Below, piece by piece: positions 25,931-39,360 of a stretch of 64,000 bases of DNA. A program made the translations under genes and the position numbers. This DNA is from Eledone cirrhosa. Taxonomy: Eukaryota. The stretch lies in contig OZ024748.1 in assembly GCA_964016885.1 (NCBI GenBank), positions 51,708,001 to 51,772,000 of the forward strand, in the 5' to 3' direction. The notes below the pieces were generated by a model. It was not told where the DNA came from. It worked only from the letters and a program-made list of their open reading frames with translations, and made no database searches. How positions within the stretch are numbered: position 1 is the first letter of the stretch; every line of letters begins with the position of its first letter.

Positions 25931-26861
25931 GTAAAATCTTTAAATTAATTGTCATATGTTGAAAACCACAAATTATTGATAAAACTCTTGTCTTACCAGC
26001 TGTAAATGAAGTTATAAATACTAAGATTGGCCCTCATAAAACTAATATAAAATCACTAATTTCTCTCAGTAATAGTTCAGTCTCAGCAAGAATTGATGAA
26101 ATTACAAATGTCAGAGAATAAAAAATTCAAACAAACTTTGTGATGATTTGGGAGCCAAATAATTTTCATTACAACATAAAGAGATGATTTTATATGACAA
26201 TGAATTTTAGTTAGTGACCTACATGGGTGATTAAAATGCTAATCAAAATATTATAGAAGCATTCCTATTTGTTAAATAATAGAAAACTGACAGAAAAATA
26301 CTTTATAATTATAAAGTAGTTGTGTAGTTTTTTAATGATAGCAAAATTCCTCTGCTAAATGTTATAGCATGTGTAACTGATGAAGGAACCACTATGATCT
26401 GTGGCCATCCTAGATTGTATAGAACATTATATCAGAAGCAGCTTTAAATATATTTAGCTTTGGTTGCATTATTCATCAGCAAAGGCAGTATTGGTCGAAC
26501 ATTGGACGTGCTTTGTGGCCTATAGTTACCTCCCTTTACATTGAGTTCAAATTTTGCTGAGGTTTGCTTTGCCTTTCATCCTTACAGATTCAATAAAATA
26601 ACATACTGGTAATGATGTATATAAAATGGTTGTATTGACCATGAGATTTATGATGTCATGTGTACTGTGTACATGTAGATAGGAAGATAAGCAATGTACT
26701 GTGTCAACAGACTTAACCTAATTCTTCGAAATTTATTAATCTAAATTTTAAGGCTTTATATATGCCTACATATATTTGAGAAAATGTATATATGCCTACA
26801 TATATATATTAGAGAAAATGTATATATGCCTACATATATATATTAGAGAAAATGTATACAT

Positions 26862-27206
26862 ATGAAGGCACATGGCTTAGTGGTTAGAGCATTGGCCTTG
26901 CAATCGAAAGGTTGTGAGTTCAATTCTCAGACCGGGTGAGGTGTTGTTTCCTTGAGCAAGACACTTTATTTCACATTGCTCCAGTTTACTCAGCTGTAGA
27001 AATGAGATGATAGGGACTGGGGTCCCTATCGTTCCACTGCAAAGTGGATGTGTAGGCGCCACGGCAAAAAAGCACCCAGCACTCACTGTAAATGAGGTTG
27101 GTGTTAGGAAGGGCATCCAGCTGTAGAAATCAAGACAGAATCAGTTCCGGTCCCACCCTTGCAAGCAGGAAAAAGCGGACCTATGATGATGATGATGATG
27201 ATGATG
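26862..27206 (+). mobile_element. SINE family B
   Basis: Near-identical to 12270-12659 but with one internal repeat unit instead of two; (GAT)n tail. Confidence 0.9.
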
Positions 27207-27409
27207 CCTACATACATACATTTGAGAAAATGATTTATGGAATTTCTTCTGTTCTTTACATTTTGGTCAAATTTGCTTTTCATCCTTCTAAGGGTCAATA
27301 AAATAAAGTTTCAGTCAAATAAAGGGGTCAATATAAACGACTTTTCACTCACCCTCTCCTTAAATTGCATTCCTTGTGCTTAAATTAGAAACCATTATTA
27401 TTATTTTTG

Positions 27410-27870
27410 ATGAGCAATAGATTGGCAGTATCGGTAGAGCATCGGAAAACTTGTTTTGTGACATATAGTTACTTCCCTTTACATTCTGAGTTCAAATTCT
27501 GCTGAGGTTAGCTTTGCCTTTCATTCTTAGAGGCTCAACTACCAATAATACAGTGGGGTCACTTTAATAGACTTTCGCTTCCTCCAAAATTGTTGGCCTT
27601 GTGCCTAAATCAGAAATTAGTATTATTATTATTAAATGCCAGAGAATTGGCAGTATCAGTAGAGCATCAGACAATATGCTTTGTGGCATATACGTACTTA
27701 CAGCCCTTTACATTTTGAGTTCATGAGTTCAAATTTCACTGAGGTTAGCTTTTCCTTTGATCCTTACGGGATTGGTAAAATAAAGTACCTGTAATGCACT
27801 GGGGTCAATTTAATTGACTTTTCCATAACCCCCGAAAAAAAAATTACCAGCCTTGTGCCTAAATTAGAAA
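27410..27870 (+). mobile_element. Two head-to-tail older SINE family A (long variant) copies
   Basis: ATTGGCAGTATC heads at ~27421 and ~27646, each ending CCTTGTGCCTAAAT.AGAAA. Confidence 0.8.
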
Positions 27871-28119
27871 CTATCCTTCATCTTCTCTCCAGATCTAAAT
27901 CCAACAGATTTCTTCAAGAGAAAGAGAGAGAGGGTGATAGAGAAGAAGTGGGAAAGAGACATAGAGGAAGAATCAACCCCAGTTTATTGATCATGAAAGA
28001 TGTAAAGCAAAGTTAAACATGGTGGGATTTGATCTCAGAAAGAGCAGAGAACCAGAATGAATATCCCAAAGAATTCTAACTGACTCACTACTGGCTTTGC
28101 CAATTCACGACCTTATTAA

Positions 28120-28870
28120 ACGTAAACAGATGTTATTAAAGATAGAAGCTCACCATTGAAAATCCATATTCTTCTGAAAAATTGCCATGAAAATGAACAA
28201 GAATTTGTGCATCCTTGAATATGTACTAAATTTTGTTGGCTTTCAAAGGAAAAAACGTTTGCAGGACTTTTATGATCTCTTCAATACTACTTTGGAATTT
28301 TTCATGTCATGTGATGAGAAACTTCACAAAGAGCTAAAACACCATAGGATTAAAGTCACTTAGCTTTCTAAATTATTTACCAAATTAAATAAGTTGAACA
28401 TCAAATTGCAAGGAAATAATACAAACCTTATTAAAGCAAGGGGAATTATAATTTCTTTTATTGGCTAAGTTAACATTGCAAGATGCATTCAGCATTTTGG
28501 AAGCCTAGAAATATATAAAGAAAATAATGACAGTGGTTTTATATTAGCTACATATCTTGTGTGTTATTTTTCTCATCTTCTGACACTGAAGTAAGGCATC
28601 ACAACCAGATTTAAAGATGACATTGTTGAATTGCAAATGCCTGAATGGACCATAAACCTATTTATTCCCTTCCAATGAATATTTTACTTGTCAAACCTAG
28701 TTGAAGAGTTTATAGACATACACAATGATTGTAATACTCATGTATAGTTTCAACAACTCACGACAAAGATGTAAAGTAGTATTCTAAGCTTTGGCAAGAA
28801 ATAAAATTGCTCTTTATTTTCCTTCTACATATTTGGTCAAGAGAGGATTCAGTATCATGTTACAACTGTC
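28120..28870 (+). pseudogene. hAT-superfamily (Charlie/Buster, SCAND3/ZBED5-like) transposase remnant
   Basis: Interrupted translation CHENEQEF...CWLSKG, LFTKLNKLNIKLQGNNTNLIKARGIIISFI, ELQMPEWTINLF, LVEEFIDIHND, YSKLWQEIKLLFI/FPSTYLVKRGFS matches the RWLS and 'FPSTYLCERGFS' dimerisation motifs. Many stops and frameshifts. Confidence 0.85.
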
Positions 28871-29634
28871 CACCAGAGCTGTGGGGTGGCCAGCATGTGA
28901 GCTCCCATTTGCTCACAATAGTGAGAAATAGGGAGAGCAAGAGAGACTGAGGCAGTGATGACAGTGGAAGTTGGGTTCTTTTGCGTGTGGACCTGGTGTA
29001 TATATGTTTACATAATAGAGAAAGGATACACCACTAATACTATCATAATTACCTCTAGCTATACCACCACAACCACCACCATTGGCATCATCAACTCACT
29101 ACAACCAGCACAATGTAAAAATAATCACCACCAAATCACACACCGCACACACACACTTGTTAAGGAAGTAAAATAAAACTAACACCCACAACAATACTAC
29201 TACTACAAAAGACAGGAAGTATTGCTAAGTAAGCAGCAACATAGATTGAAAAATAAGGGAAATAGGTGACTTGAGACTTTGATATGTCTAACATTGAACC
29301 TTACAATGAAACATTGGCTCAATTATTATCACTGTTTTTGCATCAACTTTTCCATGCTAACATGGATTGGACAGGAGCTTTTGAGACAATGTTTTATAAC
29401 ATTTTTAGGCACTTCTTACAATGTGCATAGATAAAGTGTACATATTCTATATGGAGTACACATGTGTAACTACAATGCTTTAAAGTAACTTTTTAATTTT
29501 TTAATTTAGAATAAATGCCAAAGCTACAAGGCTGGAACGTTTTACTCAGAGTTCCCCACACTCTGAGGAAGGGATTTTTAAATCCTGAAATATTAGGACA
29601 TATTAGGACAAAAAGCAAACAAACAGATAGTAAT

Positions 29635-30290
29635 AAAAATGGTTTCTTATATAGGCACAAGGCCAGCAATTTTGTGGGGAGAGGAAAATCGATTAAATCG
29701 ATCCCAGTGCATTACTGGTACTTTATTTTATCGATCCCATAAGGATGAAAGGCAAAATAAACCTCAGCGGGATTTGAACTCAGATCATAAAATGCTGTAA
29801 CTCTATGCTGCAAAGAATAGCATCCAACCCTCTACCGATACTGCCAATCCACTGCCATAATGATAATTATTTCTGCTATAGACACAAGGCCAGCAATTTA
29901 GGAGGAGGGGAAAGTCAATTAAATTGACCTTAGTGCATTACTGGTGCTTTATTTTATCGATTGTGTAAGGACGAAAGGCAAAGCTAACACTCAGTGGGAT
30001 TTGAACTCAGAACGTAAAGTGCCATAACTCTCTGCCACAAAGCAGGGTGTCTGATGCTCTACTGAGTCTGCCAATCCACTGCCCTAATGATAATAATTAA
30101 TTGTTTCTACTTTAGGCACAAGGCCAGCAATTACCCAGTGCATTACTCGTACTTTATTTTATCGACCCCGTAAGGATGAAAAGCAAAGTCAACCTCGGCG
30201 GGATTTGAACTCAGATCGTAAAGAGACATAACTATGCTGGAAAGCATGGCGTCCGACCCTCTACTGATACTGCCAATCCACCGCCCTCAT
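29635..30290 (-). mobile_element. Three head-to-tail SINE family A copies
   Basis: Units at ~29635-29860, ~29865-30085 and ~30095-30290, separated by AAT-rich spacers. Confidence 0.88.
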
Positions 30291-31349
30291 GTGGTAGTAG
30301 TAAAAGTAGTAGCCCTAATGATAATAATTAATACCAGGTAACACATAAACTTCTTCATTGCCTTCATTTAAACTTAATTTCAAAGTCCATTTCACATTGT
30401 CTTTACCTTTTTAAAAGGAAACCTTTTCTACATTTTTTAAAGATGCTTTCATTAAATTAATTTCACCTGTTTCAGTTTTGCAATAATAAGTTCTATTCAT
30501 GTTTATTTTTTATAAATAAATTTATAGTCAAGTTAATTATTTTTTTAACTACCTACAAATGTAAATATGTAGAGAGTAATGACTTTGAAGTATCTCATTA
30601 TATTTCTATAATTATAAAATGATTAACTATTGTCAAATATGTTAGGATGGATGGTGTTAGTTTTTATAAATATTTGAAAGAAGGAGTTAAACAACAAAAT
30701 CATAAGAACCACTACTACATGTACAATATGACTGCAAAAATGACAAAAAGAAGAGCATGGAATTATCATGGCGTGTGTGCTTATGACAACAGGTCTGCTT
30801 GATGAGGTCTGACCTAGGGTTGAAACATCTAGCATACTAAATCTTCTCTCAATTATAACTACCACCACTACTACTTCCACCACAACCACCACCACTACTA
30901 CTATTACTACTACTACCACCACCACTATTACTACTACTACCACCACCACCACCACTACTACTACTACTACTCATCAACTCACAATTGGCCACGCAAGGAA
31001 AGTATGGCTACACCACTTAAGACATGACCAAAACCAAACAGAAAGTGCTGGAGGTCAACTAGGGAGGGCTTCCTCCAAAAGGAGTTAGCAGGCCCTGGAT
31101 TGGATTGGACTATTATAACTATTATTACTATTAACATTATTATTACCACTACTATTAGTTGTACTAATACAATAGTTTCTGATAATCAGAACTTGTAAAA
31201 TATGCAGAAGTGTGGTAATGATAATTAATAAATGAATCTTACACATCACCCATTTACTTCAAGGTCGCTCCCATGACTGGGTACATCATCTTTCATCAGG
31301 GGATCTCTCCCTACTTTTACCAGGCAGCACATAACCAGCTTAAAGTCTG

Positions 31350-31610
31350 TCTTAAACCATTTAAATCTCATTAAGCCGGGGCTTATCCCGGTTTCATGGC
31401 ATGATTACAAGACTCTCCTCTGGACTAGATGCCAGCCATCGCAGGGTTAAACCCTCAGCTATTGCTGGTACTCATTTTCACCTAAGTATACTGGAGCAAT
31501 GTGAAATGAAGTGTTTGGCTCAAGAACACAACACACAGCCCAGGAATTGAAACCACGACTTTATGATCATAAGTCCAACACCATTTACCATTAGGGCACA
31601 CATCTCCACT
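31350..31610 (-). mobile_element. CORE-type tRNA SINE (same family as 190-620)
   Basis: TGGAGCAATGTGAAATGAAGTGTTTGGCTCAAG...GGAATTGAAACC is the reverse complement of the CORE domain and B box. Confidence 0.75.
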
Positions 31611-33102
31611 ACAATAGCAGCACCCAACCAAATTTTTAAATCCCACACGCATCCATCACAGCTCTAGTATCATTACTTCGTTGTTAGTCTGAGAACTTTT
31701 CAGCTGACTCACGTATACAATATATATATGTGTGTGTTTGTGTGTGTGTGTGTATGTTTGTGTGTTTGTATGTGTGTGTATGTGTGTTTCTGTGTATGCA
31801 TGCGTGTGTGTTTGTGTGTGCATACATGTGTGTGTGTGTATGCATGTGTGTGTGTTTTTGTGTATATGCATGTGTGTGTGTGTATGTGTGAGAAAGAGTG
31901 AGAAGGGCTGGGTGCGTTAGGAAATTTTGTGTCTGTCTACAATTCTTCTTCACGTTGTTGTCCATCTTATAACTTAGTCTTGGTTTTCATCAGATTAACA
32001 AATATATATTTTAATTTTTCTATAACAAAATTAAAATTCACATAATAAACAGTCATTTTCCCAGTTTAAATCTCCAGAAGAGTAGATATAAAAGAGCTGA
32101 CCTCAGATTGCTGAGGCTCACAGAGGAGATAACGAAGGACCGTGACGAATGGAGAGGTGCTGAAAAGCACCTGTCCCACCCTTGCAAGCCAGGAAAAGCA
32201 GATGTAAAAGCATGATGATGATGTAGTTTAAGCACAAGGAATGCAATTTGCAGAGAGGGGGAGTGAATAGTTGATTAAATCAACCCCTATATTTAACTGA
32301 AACTTTATTTTATTGACCCACAGAAGAATGAAAGGAAAATTTGACCTGAGTTGAATTTGAACTCAGTATGTAAAGAACTGAACAAATGCCATAAAGCATT
32401 TTCTCAAATATATATATGTAAGCATATAGGAAGCCTTAAAACTTAGATTAATAAATTTAGAAGAATTAGGTTAAGTCTGTTGACACAGTACATTGCTTAT
32501 ATTCCTATCTACATGTACACAGTACACATGACATCATGAATCTCATGGACAATGCAACCGCCTTCATGCGTCATCTCTGCAGCAGCATTCTCTTGCAGAA
32601 TTATATTTTTAAATGTTAATCATAATCGCCTTTTCTACGAGTCATTTCCATTAACAGTAAATATGTCCAGATATTTGACATCGGCTTCTCCTCTTGGATA
32701 ACAAAAGTCTTTCACATTCAATGATTCTTAAAATCAAACACCATTTTTGTCCTCTCAAAGTTTTAACATAGCTGCAGTGGTGGTTGTTGTTGTTGTTGTT
32801 GTTGTTGTTGATATTGTGGTTAAGTGGTGGTTGTGGGGACTTTAGTTATAACTAGCATTGTTTTTCTTGTTGATGTTTGTCTTTTGTTAAAGTTGTATCA
32901 GTTGATGAAGTGGTTTTTCTACTTGTTCTTCATCGTCATCGTCTTCTTATTCGTCTTCTTGTTGTTGTTATCTACCAGCATATAATCTGGATTAACCTGT
33001 TTCGCTTCTTCCGAAAGATGAAGCAAAAATTTTTCTTTCTCCATCAAAGATTAAAATATATGTACATACACAAGCATAAACACACACACACACATGTGCA
33101 TG

Positions 33103-33154
<52 letters not shown>

Positions 33155-33229
33155 TGCATACACACACACAGGCATGTATATATACATATAAGTATATATA
33201 TAAAGATATAAATATATACTTGTATGTCT

Positions 33230-33279
<50 letters not shown>

Positions 33280-33663
33280 TACATTCATCATCATCATCAT
33301 ACATTATATATATATATATATATATTTACACATATAGAAAAAGAGAGAAAAATATAGATAAATATAAATATGTTATACACATGGATATAGATGAAGAAGT
33401 AAGCTGTCTATGGAAAGATACATTTGCCACTTTGAATGCGTGTGTGTGTGTGTGTGTGATGTGTGTAGACGTACATGTTTGTGAATGTGCATATATGAGA
33501 AAAATGCATTGTGTAATGCTAATATTGACAAAATACAGTTCAGGTGATTCCACACTGAAACATAAGAACTCTTAGATGGAAGATATATATACTCAATATG
33601 AAATACTTATAGGAATGAGATTGTTGCAAATAATCTAAAAGTATAGAATATATATATATATAC

Positions 33664-33691
<28 letters not shown>

Positions 33692-33694
<3 letters not shown>

Positions 33695-33717
33695 CAAACA
33701 CGTTTGTAGACACACAT

Positions 33718-33777
<60 letters not shown>

Positions 33778-33803
33778 ATGTGTGTCTACAAACGTGTTTG
33801 TAT
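33692..33803. repeat. Perfect 29-bp inverted repeat centred on a (TA)n tract
   Basis: ATACAAACACGTTTGTAGACACACATAGG-(TA)n-CCTATGTGTGTCTACAAACGTGTTTGTAT. Confidence 0.95.
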
Positions 33804-33970
33804 GTATATATATATATGTATATATATATGTATATATGTATATATATATATATATTTATATATACATACACATACACATATATATATATAATATATATAA
33901 AGTCATATATAAATATATACATACACATATATATAATATATATAAAGTCATATATAAATATATATATATT

Positions 33971-34011
<41 letters not shown>

Positions 34012-34297
34012 ATACATACTTATATATGTCTACATAATTTCATTACTTAGTTTCTAGATATATTTCGTTAGCATCATTGATACTCCTTTTGTACATTCCT
34101 CAGTCATTCTGCATCTTACTTTTAACATTTTTATGTTTCATTATCTTACATTGTTTGCTTATTAATTTCAAATTCAGATCTCATTTTAGTTGAATTTTTT
34201 TGGCCAGGCATCTAACGTCCAACTCTCTGTCTCTCTCTCTCTCTCTCTCCCTGTGTGTATATATATATATATGCGCAATCATGTGTGTATACGCAAT

Positions 34298-34329
<32 letters not shown>

Positions 34330-36065
34330 GAGAGAGAGAGAAAGAGAGAGAAAGATAGAGAGAGAGGGAGATGGTAAGATAGAGAGATATTTTATTGTTG
34401 TATTGAAATAATGACAGTGTTCTAGTTTTATTTTTGCTTTCATGCATATCATACCACACATAACATAACTAAAGAGAAAAACATTAATAAACAACACATC
34501 AATACTGTACAGAATTATCCACAATGTTGTTTGATGAGGGTTTTTTCTTTATTCTGGGAGAGATGGGAAACATTCAGAACCATTTCCCAGGCCTCCAGGA
34601 CTGGAAGGAAGGAGGGAGGGAGGGAGGAAAGGCGAAGATATTGTCCACTAAAGGCACTCATATGTTAGGTGGTACTATTAAGCTGTTGATATAATAAATC
34701 TACTGACAAAGATGACCACAGCAGGTTTTGAACATTGAAATTATACAGATTTCACTCAGCATGACAACATGCCCAACATGGTAGTATACATGTATTTGTT
34801 AATTCATTAAATAACAGAATACATTATAGCTCTGTTATTGGGCTTTCATTACATATAACGATTAGTGTTCCAGTTGATTGAACAATGGAGATCTGGGGGA
34901 TCATAGAATTAATGCGCTCATGGCTGAATATTCCAGACACACATGCTTGGCACAATTCTCAGGGTGACTCTGTGTAACACAAGTATAACAAAACTAACCC
35001 CTTGAATTACAGGTAGAGCTCATTTTTAACAGCTGAGTGGACTGGAGCAAAGTGAATTAAAGTCTTGTTCAAAGCTCAATAAAGCACTTGGATTCAAAAT
35101 TCCAACCTAATGATGATGAGCCAAACACTCTCATCACTAAGGTATCTTCACAATAGCTCTGATATAGATTGGATGTAAGCCAACATTTAATTCCAGGTTT
35201 TCTAGAGTCTAGAAAATGGAAAACTAATCCTCACCTCACCCTGGATAGAACACTAGGCTTTTATATTATATTGCTGCCTCAGTTAATTACTGGTGATCCA
35301 TTTATCTGTATCATCTTGTAAAAAATATTTGTCTAAATATTCTTAAGCATTTTTCTGTAAATATAATTTTATGAACCTTTTTAGTAATATTTATGTGAAA
35401 CATCTGTCCAAATGCTTTTTATGTGTGTGTGTGGAGTGGGGATTTATGTGGCATGTGTTTATGTATGCATGTGAACATTGCTGTTAAAAAAGAAACTTTT
35501 TAGTAAATTATTTTAAATAAATAATCTTGTGAATACTCTCTAATGCAGTAGTTTGCTGTGTATACATTTTTTATGAGCAATTTTGTGTAAACATTTTTGT
35601 GTAATTTTGTATATCTCTTTGCAAACACTTTTCTGTAAATATTTTTGAAAAAAAAATGAAAGAAATCCTTTCTTGAACTATTCTTTCAATAGATCTTTCA
35701 AATATATTTATATATTCCTGGAACATGAATAAAAAAAAGAAATTCACTGAATCCTTTCTAAAGTCTCTTAAACAATTTCAAATATTTTTATGTCTTGTAG
35801 TATCCTTCTACTGAAAAGAAAACAATAATTGAAACCAAATTTTTCTCTTATTATAGAGAAAATAAATGCTGAATTAATTGATGAAAAATATATACAGTTT
35901 CTTTTAATTATTAGTCTCCATTTTACAAGTTGTTTATACAAAAATAAAACACACTATAAAAGGGAACAAAAAAGAAAAGGAAAAAAGGAAAAAAGAATTA
36001 AGCAACGAAAGAAATGGAAAGAAGGAGGGACAGACAAAACACTCCAGTCTTAGCAGTGTTTCAGC

Positions 36066-36334
36066 TTCACCCAAAGGCATTACTGCAGAGAATGGTCAGA
36101 GACACCCACTGCAACAGCCACACCATTTCACTTGGCTCTTTCCTCAAGTAGTGCGAGGACCAAGGATACCAGATGTCTCGACAGAGACCAGTACGAGAGA
36201 GCAGTTGGTCAGATCTGGTATTTAACTATCTTCCTCTCCTCTACACTGCAGACAGCAGAACCCACGTTTGTGGCCGCAGTGATAAGATTGGAGGCAGATA
36301 ACGAGTCACAGCATGTCACATCTCAAATTAGTGT
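36066..36334 (-). pseudogene. C-terminal restriction-like endonuclease region of a CRE-like non-LTR retrotransposon
   Basis: Minus strand with frameshifts: LI*DVTCCDSLSASNLITAATNVGSAVCSVEERKIVKY / DLTNCSLVLVSVETSGILGPRT / EPSEMVWLLQWVSLTILCSNAF. This fits the WD(V)T..D...AE..K..KY...P.AVET.G..G...QRLS...QRGNA pattern. Confidence 0.75.
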
Positions 36335-37629
36335 TAATTATTTTACAACAGTCCAACCAATATTTTTCAATATTCACTTTTAATGAAATAACCAATAAGA
36401 AATGACTACACATTTTTGTAAACATTGGTATGAAATGCTTTCTTTTTTGTAATCGTTTTTCACATAAATATATTTTAAGAAAAATGATTTTTTTTTTTGT
36501 ATTAACAAGATGAGAAACGACAAAAAGGGAATTACTTATCTTCAAGATTAAGGGAGTGTAAATATAAATAAATATATAAACAATAGTAAAAAAGTTATTT
36601 TATCCTACCTTCTCTTGTTCTGCCAATACAGATAAGTAATATTCCTATTTCTTCTGATTCTTATTTTATCCAAAATTTAGTAGCATCAAATTTCAAAATA
36701 ACCAGAAAGAATTTTTGCTGTAATTAAAAAAGATAAATTTTCTGTTAAAAATCTTGAATTTTACAAGTAAATTCTTTTGTTACTAAATTGTTACTAAATT
36801 TGTTAATTTAATATTGTATGCATGATAATTTAACATAACTTGTTAAATGAGCTGCTGAGTGACTTTTACATAGGTACTTAAGCTGCAACATCTTATTTGA
36901 CAAGATGTCGAAATATTATTATTGATAAATGTGCATGTGCATACTAAATAGAAGAAAAATGCACTGAGCTGACAGTAGATTGTAACAAAGTAGACTTACG
37001 AGGCGCCAGTACTATGACTGCAACACATAAAACATTCAGCCACCGATGAGCTGTCATATTTCCAAGGTTCTATAATAGATTCTGATGCCAAAATAACAAG
37101 ACTCTTACTATGAATATTAAAAAAACCAGTTCTTTACTATCAACACTGTCTCCATGGCTCTATAAGTTTATGTGGCATCAGCAGTGGAACCAAAATTATA
37201 ACAATGTTAAACAGTTCACAAACAGGAATAAATTTGTATGCTACAAAGAAGAGGGGATGTCTGATATTTAGAGCCTCTTCACAGGAAAGGGTATTGCTTA
37301 AAATATCCACGCTTTAAATTTTTCTTACAGAAAAAAAACTTATTCCACTTTGCAATCGGTATGTAATTACTATCTGCCCATACAGATTATCATCATCATC
37401 ATCATCATTTAACATCCACTTTCTCTGCTAGCAAGGGTTGGACAGGTCTTCACAAACTATGTCAGCCTGTCGTGGTGGTCAGACCTCCGAAGGTGGGGTT
37501 TTGCATCTCGCTTACATACTGTCCCACATTCTACCAAGTACATTTTAACATGGCACTCACACTAAGGAGGTTGTCATGTCTTTAGCACAACTAAAGAGTC
37601 TTTCCAACCCTTTGTTTATCAACTGTTTT

Positions 37630-38085
37630 ATGGCTGGATGCCCTTCCTATCAACAACTACTTTACAGAGTTTACTAGATGCATTTTATCATGGCACCAGC
37701 ACTAGGGAGGTTGTCATGTCTTTGACACAACTGAAGAGACCTTCCTACTCATTCTTTGGTAGGCTTTCTATAGCTGGATGCCCTTCCTATCACCAACCAC
37801 TTTACCAAGTGTACTCTGTGTGGTTTTCATGTAAAGTTATTTATACAGACCATCACTGTTTGACTCCCATAAATTTAGTTGCATGTATTCTCTGTTGTTG
37901 TTGTTTTTATTACATCTTAAATACTAAACCATGTAAACAATATTCAACTGAATCACGAAAATTGATTTTGTAATAAAACTTGAAAACGAAAGATAGGAAG
38001 AGATTAAAAAAATATATATATATAAAAATGGACAAAAAAGTGAAGAAACATAAAAAGAAAATATAAAAAAGAAATAAAACAAAAC
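37630..38085 (-). repeat. Inverted duplicate of ~9745-10180
   Basis: Shares TTCGTTTTCAAGTTTTATTACAAAATCAATTTTCGTGATTCAGTTGAATATTGTTTACATG and the same junction into the RTE-tail array. Confidence 0.9.
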
Positions 38086-38539
38086 ACAAAAAGTTAAAAT
38101 AAAATGATGTAAAACAAAAATAAATATAACTAAAACAAACAAACACATACAAACAAAAAACATATCATCTAACACTGCACAACAACAATAAAAACAACAA
38201 TGAAAGGATAGTCTCAACATGCTTGCTTGACCTGTTAGAAATAGCAGCCAAATTTTCCACAAATTACACCTGATTCACTTATAAAAAAGAAAAACCAGAG
38301 GGAATAATACTGTGCATGTTGTAGTCCTAGAAATCCAATGTCAAAGATGATAACAGGGTGGTCATGGTTGGAAAAAGCTTTTATCAAAGGTCTGATGGAT
38401 TGAAAATGACCTGGGACTCAAAAATAACAATAACCACTTCTCCCTCTATTTCAATGAACTCCCACAAGTCTCCCACCACAACAACAATAACAATAACTTT
38501 TAACACAACTAACACTATACTAGCTACCATCATCATAAA

Positions 38540-38970
38540 AAAGTGGTTTCTACTTTTGGCACAAGGTCAGCAATTATCCCAGTGTATTACTGGTACTTTA
38601 AGGATGAAAGGCAAAGTTAACCTTGGCGGGATTTGAACTCAGACCATAAAGGGTCGTAACTCTATGCTGCAAAGCATGGCGTCCGATCCTCTACCGATAC
38701 TGCCAATCCACCGCCCTCTATCTTCATAATAATTGTTTCTACTTTTGGCACAAGGCCAGCAATTACCCAGTGTATTACTGGTACTTTATTTTATCGACCC
38801 CGTAAGGATGAAAGGCAAAGTCAGCCTCGACGGGATTTGAACTCAGATCGTAAAGGGTCGTAATTATGCTGGATCATAATAATGGTTTCTGATTTAGGTA
38901 GAAAGCCAACAATTCTTTTAGAGGAGAAAGTTAATTAGATTAACCCTAGTGTGTTACTGGTATTTTATTG
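38540..38970 (-). mobile_element. Cluster of head-to-tail SINE family A copies
   Basis: Units at ~38540-38720, ~38730-38875 and a partial unit at ~38880-38970. Confidence 0.85.
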
Positions 38971-38979
38971 TACAAGGTC

Positions 38980-39360
38980 TGAGCATTGAACTCACAACCT
39001 TGCAATCGAAAGGTTGTGAGTTCAATTCTTGGACCGGGTGATGTGTTGTTTCCTTGAGCAAGACACTTTATTTCATATTGCTCCAGTTTACTCAGCTGTA
39101 GAAATGAGATGATAGGACTGGGGTCCCTATCATTCCACTGCAAAGTGGTCGTGGAGGTGCCATGGCAAAAAAGCACCCAGCCCACACTGTAAAGTGGACG
39201 TGTAGGCGCCACAGGAAAAAAAGCACCCAGCACTCATTGTAAATGAGGTTGGTGTTAGGAAGGGTATCCAGCTGTAGAAATCAAGCCAGAATCAGTTCCC
39301 GTCCCACCCTTGCAAGCAGGGAAAAAGCGAACGTAAAATGAAATGAAATGATGATGATGA
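38980..39360 (+). mobile_element. SINE family B
   Basis: Matches 12270-12659; two internal repeats; (GAT)n tail. Confidence 0.88.

Noticed and set aside
25296-25934. Pro/Ser-rich then poly-His 212-aa ORF (His-rich or extensin-like protein)
   Set aside because: A pure CAT/CAC trinucleotide tract with all frames open and no splice or domain evidence.
32560-33050. Unique-looking minus-strand region with short ORFs (MEKEKFLLHLSEEAKQ…, MSNIWTYLLL…)
   Set aside because: ORFs of ~41 aa or less with no recognisable domain. It may be UTR or regulatory DNA, but this is unsupported.
36165-36222. Hairpin with a miR-750-like seed (CCAGATCT) on the minus strand
   Set aside because: Only ~9 bp pair well, and the region is explained by the CRE-like coding remnant.
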